From Octopus bimaculoides (taxonomy: Eukaryota): a DNA stretch of 42,607 nt. Under the pieces are notes generated by a model. It was not told the DNA's origin, made no database searches, and was given only the letters and a program-made list of their open reading frames with translations. Every line of letters starts with the position of its first letter. Positions within the stretch are counted from its first letter, which is position 1. A program made the translations under genes and the position numbers. Location: contig NC_068985.1 in assembly GCF_001194135.2 (NCBI RefSeq), positions 50,383,970-50,426,576 on the forward strand, read 5' to 3'. Below are positions 11,494 to 21,830 of this stretch, piece by piece.

Positions 11494-13958
11494 CACTAGG
11501 CAACGAAGATTTTGTTACAGAAGACCAAATAGGTGTTCCTTGCTAATTTCAGTATGCTGATTTCAAATTTATAATTGGATTTTTTTCTTAACTTTGTGTA
11601 GAATGCAAATCACTTAGTAAAATTTCCTACTACCTCCAGATTTTGGTTTTAATTGACTTAACGCCAATAATATGAAACTTGCTTCTCAAGTTTAAAGCAA
11701 GTTTTGTTTGCCAACTATATACAAATTCTTACAATTTTGATCAATAAAATTTATCCTGAGTTGGTAGCACTGAGTCAAGGGCATAGTAATGGCCCAATGG
11801 TTAGTTGCTATATGACAGTCAAGAAGGGCAGTTGTTGAAGTTCTCTGTTGGTAAACAAGTAATAGGCTGTGGTAACTTGGTGTGTTTTTATAGCATTTGT
11901 TTTGTACTACGGTGTGTATTTCTTTTATTTTCTACATTGTGATTATTACTTTCCACATTTTTTTTCCAAATATTGTATGGTAATTAAAATGCAATCAAAT
12001 AGATGTGCTTGTGTAAATCACCCAGACAACTTTTACTATATATGTGGACAATATACACCAAATTCACAACATAGAAACATAACAACAAACTTGCCTACAA
12101 AGATTATTTTGACTGTAAGTTAGGAAAGCAAGAGCGGGACTGGGAACCACATATCTGCTGTGCACAGTGCAATGCAATGCTAATAGCTTGGATGAATGGT
12201 AAAAGAAAAGTGATGCCATTCTCAGTCCCCAAGGTTTGGTGTGAGATGAAAAATCTCTTCAATGGTTGTTATTTTTGTTTGACAAAGATTGCTGGTTTCA
12301 CAAAGAAAAAAACAAATCAAAAATCATGTACCCAAACTACAAATCAGCAATAAACCAGTACCACACAATGAAACAAATCCACCATCAGTTCCACCAGTTC
12401 ATCTGAAGATTCTACTAATGATATAGAAATAGGGAAAGATGGGGTATATGTTCCAGATGCAACTAGTTCCCCACATTTGTTAAGTCAAGCAGAATTAAAT
12501 GACTTGGTGTGCAATTTGGAATTACCAAAAGTAAAACCAGAGTTGCTTGGTTCCAGACTTCAAGAATGGAATTTCTTCCAGCTAAACAAAGTTTCCCATT
12601 TCTGCCATTGCCATCTACAGTTTTCATCATTTTACTTACAGGAGGAAAACATTTTGTTTCTGCTATGATATTAGCGAACTAAGGGAAAGGATTGGCTTTC
12701 ACTATGATCCAAAAGAATGGAGACTGTTCGTTGACTCTAGTAAAGCTAGCCTTAAAGCTGTATTACTGCACAATGGCAATGAAAAGCCTTCAATACCTGT
12801 AATACATGCCACTTGCCTTAATGAGACTTATGAATCAATGGAACTGCTGCTAAGACTCATCAAATATAAGGACCACATATGAAATATTTGTGGCAGCCTT
12901 GAAGTTGTATTATTACTTCTTGGGTTACAGCTGGGCTACACAAAGCCTATGTGCTTTTTGTGTCTACGGAGCAGCAGAAATGACAAGAACCACTACAAAA
13001 AACATTACTGACCATCTAGAACTGAGCATGTTATAGGTAAACGCATTCACCCTTGGAAAGTACATCTTTCATCACTCCACTTTAGACTTGGTCTTATGAA
13101 AAATTTTGTGACGAGTATGAATCATCAAAGAAGTGGTTTCCAATATTTAAAGGATAAATTCAAAAGAATATTGACAAATGCTAACCTAGAAACTGGAGTT
13201 TTCACTGGGCCACATACCCACAGTGTCATCCACGATTCCTTGTTTCCATCTAATGTAAATGAGATTGAACTAGGAGCATGAACATCTTTTATTGAACAGG
13301 TCAAAAAAGTTTCTTGGAAACTACAAGACTAAAAACTGGGAACTTGAAGAAAACATCCCAAAAAATGGGATGCAGAATGTCTTTGAAAATACAGTTTTAC
13401 ATTCTCATCTTGACTTCTTCCCAGCTAGTGATGAGCATGGTGAGCACTTTCATCAAAAGATTTCAGTAAAAGAAAATAGATACCAAGGTGATTTCAACCC
13501 AAATATGATGAGAGATTATTGATGGTTCCTGCAGAAGGAGAGCTCATCATCCTACAAGTATTAAAGGAAGAGGAAACACCAAAGTTTCACTTAAGAACAG
13601 GAAGTTGCCTTTCGGTAATAACAACAAAATACTAATGCCCTTCAAGGGGGTGGTTGGGCACAGGGGTGGTAATTCTCCCAGCAGAATTCCACTATCTTAT
13701 CTTAAGCCAGAAATCTCTGTTCATCAATTATTTAAGTATGTTTAACATAAAATGTGGCACAGAAAAGTAGCTTAAACAACTTTTGTAATAAAAGCGGGTG
13801 AGAAAAAAATGAAAATTAAGGGTTTTCAGTTACACAAAATCTGGACATAATTGAGAAATTTATAAATCAGATCTGAAATTAGCACCAGAAATTTGATAGG
13901 AATCAGTAGTTTATGTGTCTGTAACACACACAAAAAAAGTTGAAATTGTTGCCTAATG
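11494..13958 (+). mobile_element. Chapaev3 (CMC superfamily) DNA transposon with both ends, non-functional
   Basis: Left end CACTAGGCAAC (11494); right end reverse-complemented CATTAGGCAAC (ends 13958); 3-bp TTA TSD at 11491-11493 and 13959-13961; subterminal inverted TGCTAATTTCAG; decayed transposase inside. Confidence 0.85.
11990..13523 (+). pseudogene. Chapaev3-type transposase pseudogene
   Basis: Fragments CVNHPDNFYYICG, W.PHICC..C, CYFCLT, LSQAELNDLVCNLEL, EWRLFVDSSKASLKAVLLHNGN, LGLQLGYTK.MCFLC, RLGLMKNFV, LHSHLDFFP.SDEHGEHFHQKI..ENRYQG; many stops and frameshifts. Confidence 0.88.
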
Positions 13959-15065
13959 TTATCAAAGACATTCTAGCTGTGACACCTAATCAAAAGATGA
14001 GGTGATCAAAGCTAGGAATGGCTTATGTAGAACTACATTATTTGTATGTCCTTCCCTTTTTCAAGGAATGTGATTGAGATTTGGTTGCTATTTCATAGCA
14101 GTGTAATTAGTAATTTAAGCAAATAGAAATCAAAAATTTTAAACTACCCAAATTAATAGAAACTCTTCTTACATCCAGCAGATATAAGAATAGTTTCTAT
14201 TAATGGATGTAAGAATAGTTTCTGGTTGTAAGTCTGAATAGTCAGCTGGATGTAAGAACAGTTTCTATTAATTTGGCAACAAAATGAATATTAGTAGTGG
14301 TATTATAGCAACTACACTTTATATCTAAAGTATGACATCTTAATATTACTTCTCTGGTTGATAGGAAATGTTCTCTCCAGACAAAGTGAACTCTAGATTA
14401 TGTAAGAAATATAATTCTGCATGACAGTGAAACAGAGTAGTAATTCCTAAATTTATTTTGGCAATGAACCCTTATACAATTTTCCAAAAATCACAGAAGC
14501 CATACCTATATTTTACAGACAACCCCTAACACCTTAATTTTAATTAGGCATTAATGAATCAAAAGTTGCTGCACATAAGAATGTATTATTTTGAAAATGG
14601 TGAATAGCATTGTTTTTCATAAAATTAAATTTTTATAAAAATTTATTGAAAAACACCTTATTTCATGGAACCTCAGAATTTTTTTTTTTTAGAACCTACT
14701 TTGAGAAACATTGTAATAAGGAATCTGTTACAATAGGATAGCTATCTGGAAAGTCTATAAGTCTGAATTTAAATTTGCTCAAATTATCACATATTTCACT
14801 GCAAGTGATGCACCTAAGCTTTTGATTGATTGTTAGTTTAAAAGAAATTGCTCCAAATCTGTTCAGATCCATTATTTTCACTTTTTTCTTTCTTTGCTTT
14901 TTGGGTTTTTTTTCTCATTTACTTAGAAGGAAAGGCCATGTCTATGGATCTTTACAATGACTCTGAATAATGGTTGGTGGGAGGGAGGAAGGTATTCCTA
15001 AACAGGTAAAATAGCCTGAATGTGTGCAACAGAGTGGACTCCACCAAAAGCCTTAAAAGTGTTTG

Positions 15066-15120
15066 ATTAAACCAGGTGGGATTAAACCAGCTGATGGATT
15101 AAACCAGGTGATGGATTAAA
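15066..15120. repeat. Short tandem repeat, about 3.5 copies of GATTAAACCAG(G/C)TG(AT)G
   Basis: GATTAAACCAGGTGG-GATTAAACCAGCTGATG-GATTAAACCAGGTGATG-GATTAAA is directly visible. Confidence 0.85.
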
Positions 15121-15619
15121 TTTAGCAACAAGTAAATCATGGCAGGATTTGAACTGAGAACAAAAAAAGCCAGAATAAATGCTGCAAGATATCCTGTCCA
15201 ATGCTCTAATGACTCTGCCAATATACCTTAGACTGGTATTTATCAACCCTGGATAGGATGAAACAATGGGATTTGGACTCAGAACATAAAAAGCCAATGT
15301 TCTAATGACTCAGCTAATTCACTGCCCTAATAGTATGAGTTCCTCTTATATACTTGGCTATAGCTACTATAGCATCTAAGTAGACTTCAGTATTCAATGT
15401 CAATCTTCAAAGTTGCAAACTTGTGTAATTCTAAATAACAATTTGCAATAATAACCAGGTTGTTAACATGCACATATTGTCACGGACTTCTACACTTGAA
15501 ATCCATAAACTTCATCAAAGAGAGAACTGAAGATAGAGTACTCATCTGGACAATATATTCTTCATTTACTAAACTGCCAATCATAATTCTCCTTTTAATA
15601 CTCCCACACTGACACTCTG

Positions 15620-15900
15620 TCAGTTATGATGCTGAAAGTTCCAACAGAACAACCTGCTCGTGAAATTAGTATGCAAGTGGTTGAGCATTCCACAGACACA
15701 CGTACCTTTAATGTAGTTCTCAGGAGGATTCAGCATAGTAAGGCTTGCTCTTTGAAATATGAGTACAACTCATTTTTGACAGCTGAGTGAACTGGAACAA
15801 TGTGAAATAAAGTGCCTTGCTCAAGGAACCAACACACTTCCAGGAATCGAACTCATGACCTTACGATCATAAGCCAAATACCCTATCCAACAAAGCCACC
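15620..15900 (-). mobile_element. tRNA-derived SINE of a second family sharing its 3' tail with 6450-6827
   Basis: Head with B-box GAGTTCGATTCC, body GAGCAAGGCACTTTATTTCAC, tail CAACAGAACAACCTGCTCGTGAAATT..TGCAAGTGG.TGAGCA.TCCACAGACAC. Confidence 0.75.
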
Positions 15901-15919
15901 TCCCATACATAGTTTAGAC

Positions 15920-17873
15920 CAGGGTTTCTCAACAGGAGCCATATGGCCCGGGGGGGGGGGGCATGGAATATTTCTTGGGTCCACNNNNNNNNNNGAGGGG
16001 GGGGGGGTGCTCAAAAAATTTGGGAATCATAAAATATTAACATGTAGGTATGTATATTTATTTGTAAAATGCACATTACACATATAAGAAACACATGTAT
16101 ATGCGTTTATAATTATGATGGATGAACAGCTACATATTGCATCATACCAAATTGCTCCAATTGCAAAAGCTGGTAAGTCTTACACCATTGGTGAATCTTT
16201 GATCATACTTGCAGTGGCTGTAGTGCTTTCAACAGTCATGGATCAGAGTCCACAAGAGCTTACTTCCTCTGAACAACTCATTGGTATCATGACGGATTGA
16301 TGAAATGGCAGCTGATGTTGAAAGCCAATTAGTTTCAAAACTTAGGGTAAATGAATTCTCACTTCAAATAGATAAATCAACTCTACCTGATAATTCTGCT
16401 TTTTTAATGGCATCTGTTGGGTTTCTTAATGTTAATGATATATGTCAAGAATTGCTTTTTGCTTTGAAATTAATGACTGACACAAAAAGGGAATCCATCT
16501 TCAAAAACTTGAGGCCTATTTTGAAGAGGACAACATTTCATTGAAGAACATTGTGGCCTGTGCAACAGATGGGACTGCTGCTATGATTGGAAGATATTGG
16601 GAATCCAGTGCTTACTTAAAAAAAACTGTTCCGAATGTGCTTTGTATGCACTGTTTTCTTCATCAACAACAACTGGCTGCCATACACATAGCAGGATGTG
16701 TGAAGGATGCACTTATAAATGTTACCAAAGCTGTCAACTTGATAAAAAAGATGGCACTGCAAGATTGCCTCTTTAAGTAATTATGTGAAAATAACGTAGA
16801 AGTTGAAGGACTTGTGTTGCATACTGAAGTGAGATGGCTAATCGAGGGTAATTGCCTGCATTGCTTTGTTGCACTTGGGGACACTGTTATCTCTTTTTTT
16901 TGAGTGAAACAGAAAGAAATTTGTTGATGCAAAGAGTGATATTTTTTACTCGTCTGACATACTTGAAAAGCTAAATATACTTAACAAAGAACTTCAAGGA
17001 AATAACTCCACTCTGTTTTCTTGCAAAGAGAAACTTAAAGCCTTCAACGGGAAGCAAAAGTTATTCTGGTTGAATCTTGGAAGACAGGAATTTGCACAGC
17101 TTCCTTCCTTAGCAAGCATATCCACCGAGCAGCTTGATGATGGCTTAGCAGTTAATGTTGATCATTTGAAGTAGTTATATAATGATATGGAAATTCACTT
17201 CTCTGATCTACTCCAAATAATGATGTCATAGTGGTTTGTGGATCCCTTCATTGTTAATCTATTTGAAGTCAATACTGACATACAAGAAAGCTTCATTGAA
17301 CTTCAAAATAACACAGCAGCTCTAGCAAGGTTCAAGTATGGAGGATACCAGAAGCTGTGGATGAATGAAGAGATCTCTAAAAAGTACCCATTACTCCGGA
17401 AAAACGTCAAGTTGTTTTTACTCGCTTTTCCCACACCTTATGTTGTTGAGTCAGGTTTCAGTCGGGCAATGTGTCTGCTGTCAAAGACTTGAAATTGCCT
17501 TGATGTAGAAAGAAGAGGAGATTTACATCTTTCACTGATGGCTTTGAAACCAAACATTGACAAGTTGGTAACCCTGCATCAGTCACAGGGATCCCATTGA
17601 AATCAGGCAATATAAACTGAAATTATTATATTTTATTCTTTGTAAATGTAAATAAATTTATTTAAATGAAATATTTATTCAACTACTTTTTAAATTTACA
17701 AGTGGGGTAGATGTTTGATGTAAAACTACAACTTTTAATGTTTCTTTCTACTTCTCTAGATGCATTAAGTTGAGGGACAGAGTGGGGATAAAAGCTTAAA
17801 TTAGCATGGGGGCCATAATGATTTTGTGTTGAATTAAAGGGGGACACAGCCAGAATGAGGTTGAGAAACACTG
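15920..17873 (+). mobile_element. hAT Charlie-type DNA transposon with both ends, non-functional
   Basis: TIRs CAGGGTTTCTCAAC and CAGTGTTTCTCAAC (13/14); 8-bp TSD GTTTAGAC (15912-15919) vs GTTTTGAC (17874-17881), 7/8 identical. Confidence 0.9.
16115..17600 (+). pseudogene. hAT/Charlie (ZBED5/SCAND3/GTF2IRD2-like) transposase pseudogene
   Basis: ASYQIA..AKAGKSYTIGESLI, FSLQIDKST, ACATDGTAAMIG, MHCFLHQQQLA, LHTEVRWL.EG, LLAFPTPYVVESGFS (C-terminal dimerisation domain); fragmented by stops and frameshifts. Confidence 0.88.
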
Positions 17874-18030
17874 GTTTTGACAACCATCAGAAGATTTTAA
17901 ACTATACACCCATATACACATGCATATACATATTCACACGCATACATATACACACACATATATGTACACTCACACATACATACATACACACACATATGTC
18001 TGTGTGTGTGCGTGTGTGTGTGTGTGTGTA

Positions 18031-18162
18031 CACGGAGGGCTTCTTTCATGTTCAGTCTACTAAATCCACTCACAAGCCTTTGGCCAGTTCGAGGCTATAG
18101 TAGAAGACACTAGCTACCCAATGGGACTGAACCCAGGACCATATGGTTGGGAATCAAACTTC
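18031..18162 (-). mobile_element. SINE copy (8990-family head/body)
   Basis: GGGCTTCTTTCA..CTACTAAATCCACTCACAAG..GGCTATAGTAGAAGACAC..GGGACTGAACCCAG; adjacent to CA/TG repeats. Confidence 0.8.
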
Positions 18163-18596
18163 TAATTTAACTTATTTACATTTATGACTTAATTAAACCG
18201 GAAGTATAAGCAGCAGTAGTGTTTTGGAGACAAGCTATTTAATTTGTGTGCATAAATTTAAAGTTTTGAGAAGGAAACTGAAATTTTCTACTTTATAAAA
18301 TAAATGTATAGACATATATTTCAGTGGATATTAAAATATGTACAAAAGCATGTCAGCAAATCCCCCAAAATATATAAAGCACACAGTACGTGTGTGTGTG
18401 TGTGTGTTTTACGATTTGAAACTAATACCTTTCAATTTACCAGTAATTACGGTTTACACATAATTCTTGAGAATTTAAAAGCAAGAAAATATGATTAGCT
18501 GTATTATATATGAAACAATTTCCTATTTCACATATAAAAACAAAAGTAAACAAATGAAAAGCACAGAGAAATTGGTAAAACTAAAATTAACTGCTA

Positions 18597-18745
18597 TTCG
18601 AGCCCTGATCGAGCAGACCTACGATCAACAACGTTCCAATCATGACTGTCTTTTTATTTTTTAGGCTTACAAATATAAATCATCCCTTTCTTAAAGTAGG
18701 TGGGTGTGATTTGTGGGAGACTTGGCGCTGCTATCTCTAGCAAAG
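18597..18745. repeat. Old interspersed repeat (SINE-like) copy; relatives at about 14010-14100, 19600-19790 (inverted), 40790-40820 and 40965-41010
   Basis: Shared GTGTGATTTG.GGGAGA.TTGGC..GCT(A)TCTCTAG and CATGAC(C/T) motifs; copies are strongly diverged. Confidence 0.5.
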
Positions 18746-19079
18746 AATGTGCTTACGTAGAGGTTCCCCCTCCCGAACATTGCTCGCTGTAGATTTACTT
18801 CCCAACGTACTTTAAAAAATTAACTGCGAGCAACCAGAGGAACCCCTACTTTTCCAAAACACTACAGCTGCTTATAATTCAGGTTTAAATAAACTAAGAA
18901 AGGAATATGAAGCAGCGAACATTAAAGATATCGGAAAAACGAAATAGCTTTGTTTGGTAATATATTAAGCTTCTTTCACGATAATTTTCATAACTGATAT
19001 TAATTACAAGTTAAACAATAAAAACGTGAGCAGAGAGAAGAAAAATACATTGTTTGCTTTTGTATGCAATGATTAATAA

Positions 19080-19289
19080 TCTTTTCTACTCTAGGCACAA
19101 GGCCCGAAATTTTGGGGGAGGGAGCAGTCGATTAGATCGATATCAGTACGCAACAGATACCTAATTTATCGACCCCGAAAGGATGAAAGGCAAAGACGAC
19201 CTCGGCGGAATTTGAACTCAGAACATAAAGACAGACGAAATGCCGCTTAGCATTTCGTCCGGAGTGCTAACGTTTCTGCCAGCTCGCCG
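19080..19289 (-). mobile_element. tRNA-derived SINE of a third family (central GCCTTTCATCCTTTCGGGGTCGATAAA domain)
   Basis: Head CGGCGAGCTGGCAGAAACGTTAG..GAGTTCAAATTCC (B box). The central motif resembles conserved Deu/Nin-type SINE domains (recalled, not verified). Fragments occur at 8080 and about 15230. Confidence 0.75.
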
Positions 19290-20484
19290 TAATAGCAGTT
19301 TAATAATAAATACCAAGAGAGTTGAAACTGTTTCGTATCGTATTCCCTTATAACTGATATAAATTTGAAAGTCTGCATTATAAAATACTTGTAAGTGCTT
19401 TGAATAATTAGAAGAAATTATTAAATGTCGTGATAATGTATGGAAATAATGAAGATCGTTAATTTCTCGTTTACTAACTTTTCGAAACTTATCTTTACCT
19501 ATCGGAATTCAGAATTAAAGAGAGTAAAAACTATTTTTCTTTAACAATTGTTTTACTGGCTAATATTTTGAAAAAAAAAACAAAAAAAGAAAAAAAACAA
19601 CGCAGTTGTTTCTAACAAGGACCAACGAAAGAAGCGGTACGTTCGACCTACTAGAAATAGCTGACAAGTATCCTCAATTACACCCAACCGTTTTTGTTTT
19701 TTTAATAAAAAAAATAAAGTCACATTAAATAATGTAGTTCTACATAACCCTAAAATGACAGGATGGTCATGGCCAAGGGCTAAACAAAATGTAATGTTTA
19801 TATTCAAATGAATTTTTGAATATGGGTATTACCCACAGAACATTAACGGGTAAAAATAAAAGTAAACAACGAAGGAAGTTCGCAGTTAACATTAGTTAAG
19901 TTAGTGTTCGCATAATATAGGAAACAATAATAATAATAATAATAATAATAATATACAGTAACATCAATATTAAAAGCTTTACTGTATAAACATCTACCAA
20001 GACGGCTCTAAAGCGATATATAACAAATGGCTCGGCCTGAAATTCATGAATCGAAAACATTTCTGAATGAGGCTCTCTTAACATTATTTTATTTTACTAG
20101 GTTTACCTTGAGTTTTTTCTGATTGTTTAACCACAGATTAGCGCTGATCTAGCAGATTTATCCTCAAAAATGGCTCTAACCGTAATTTTCCTGATTACGT
20201 ATATATCAGGCACTTTACACTGGTCGAGTGACACACGCACTGTTTTCGTCTTACATGTCTCTAGTGGTTGGGCAAGTCTAGTTCATCGGTGCACCATACA
20301 GGACACAATCACTTTTCGTTCGACAGCTCAGAATTCTGCATCTTTACGCTTTCTTTTTCTGACACTTAGGCTTTCACTAAAAATATTAGTCAAATATTCT
20401 TCCGCAGATGATAGAGATCGACTAACTTTTAATATCCTCATTTTTGGATATTTTCTGTTAAGCTCACACTTTTCAAATTTCTTT

Positions 20485-20847
20485 TTTTATCTTTTACTTG
20501 ACTGCGGCCATGCTAAGGCACCACCTTGAAAAGTTTTAGTCGAACAAATCGATCCCTGAACTTACTTTCTCAAGCCTATTATTCTATCGGCCTCTTTTGT
20601 CGAACAGCTAGGTTACGGGGGCGTAAACACACTAACATCGGTTTTTAAGTGGCGGTGGTGGTGGTGGGAGACAAACACACAAACACACACACACACGATG
20701 GGCTTCTTTCAGTTTCTGTCTACCAAATCCACTCAGAAGGCTTTGGTTGGCCCGAGGCTATAGTAGAAGACACTTGCCCAAGGTACCACGCAGTTGGACT
20801 GAACCCAGAACCATGCGGTTGGGAAGAAGGTTTCTTACCACACAGCC
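20485..20847 (-). mobile_element. Full-length SINE (same family as 8990-9385)
   Basis: Colinear with 8990-9385 across the head, the CCTTGGGCAAGTGTCTT core, the internal (TG)n and the tail. Confidence 0.85.
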
Positions 20848-21349
20848 GTTCCAATTGATATCCAATTTGGTGTACTGGTGTAATATTGTATGCTAATTAT
20901 AGAAATGAAATTTATTTTTGTCCTAAATTAATAAACAAAAAGTTAATATCTTTTAAAGTTTGCAAATATCGGGTAATTTTAGCTAATCGAGGCCACAGAC
21001 ATATTGGTGTCTGCTTGCACGGTAACAAGCCAAGGTAGAGTTTGCTAACCGAGGAAGGGTGCTACCTGTTCAATCATAGCTAACCCGGAATTAAATAATA
21101 GCAACAAACAGCAGTGTTAAGAACAATGAAGCTCGCTCATTCAGCTGCAAGTATCAGTCGCAAAGTAACTTTAACAATCTTTTCAGTATGTCTATGCGGA
21201 GAAGATAGCAATAGTAGCAGCTTGTAACTAGTGATGATGTATTTATGCATGGCTCCCTTTCTTTTTTCATATTAGAATCCTCAGAAAGAAAATGTTGATT
21301 TCTAACAGAGAAGCAGAAGTTCCAAGTGGAATTTTGATAACGATAACAA

Positions 21350-21830
21350 GTGTTACATGTTTTTGTGAAGGGCAAGAATGAAGTGTCCTGTCTCTGCTAT
21401 TACAGCTTTGTGACACTATTCTCAATAATCTCTTGAAAGGAAAGGGTACTGGCTGCGTAAACGTCGATCTTGCTAAGGCGTTTGACATGATTGATCATGG
21501 AATCATCTATCATAAAGTAAGGGATCTTGGTATCAAGAAAACTTGTAGATGGCTCTTTGACTTCTTACAGGGTAGGAATCAATCTGTTGTTGCAAACGGT
21601 TTTCTCTCTGCGAAGTTACCTGTAGTAAGTGGTATGCCCCAGAGAACGGTTTTAAGACAATTACTATTTATCATCATCACCCTATCAGGTGCACTCAGCC
21701 AACTTGACGAGCTACACCAATAACACAAAAATATCGATGGCTATCCAAACTCCAGAAGATACCGCCATACCCCAAAATTACTAAACCTAATTTATAAATG
21801 GGCAGCTAAAAACAATTTGAAATTTAAAAA
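21350..21830 (+). mobile_element. Non-LTR (LINE) reverse-transcriptase fragment, pseudogenised
   Basis: VDLAKAFDMIDHGII.HKVRDLGI..WLFDFLQGRNQSVVANG.LS....VVSGMPQRTVL; same family as the minus-strand LINE at 25880-30000. Confidence 0.88.

Noticed and set aside
14170-15120. Short direct repeats (GTAAGAATAGTTTCT at 14170-14275; GATTAAACCAG at 15066-15120) as a CRISPR-like array
   Set aside because: Eukaryotic context, only 3-4 degenerate units, no unique regular spacers and no cas genes; these are ordinary minisatellites.
20225-20260. CAGTGC loop suggesting an iron-responsive element upstream of STEAP (minus strand)
   Set aside because: The flanks (GAAAA vs GTGTG) do not form the required 5-bp upper stem.
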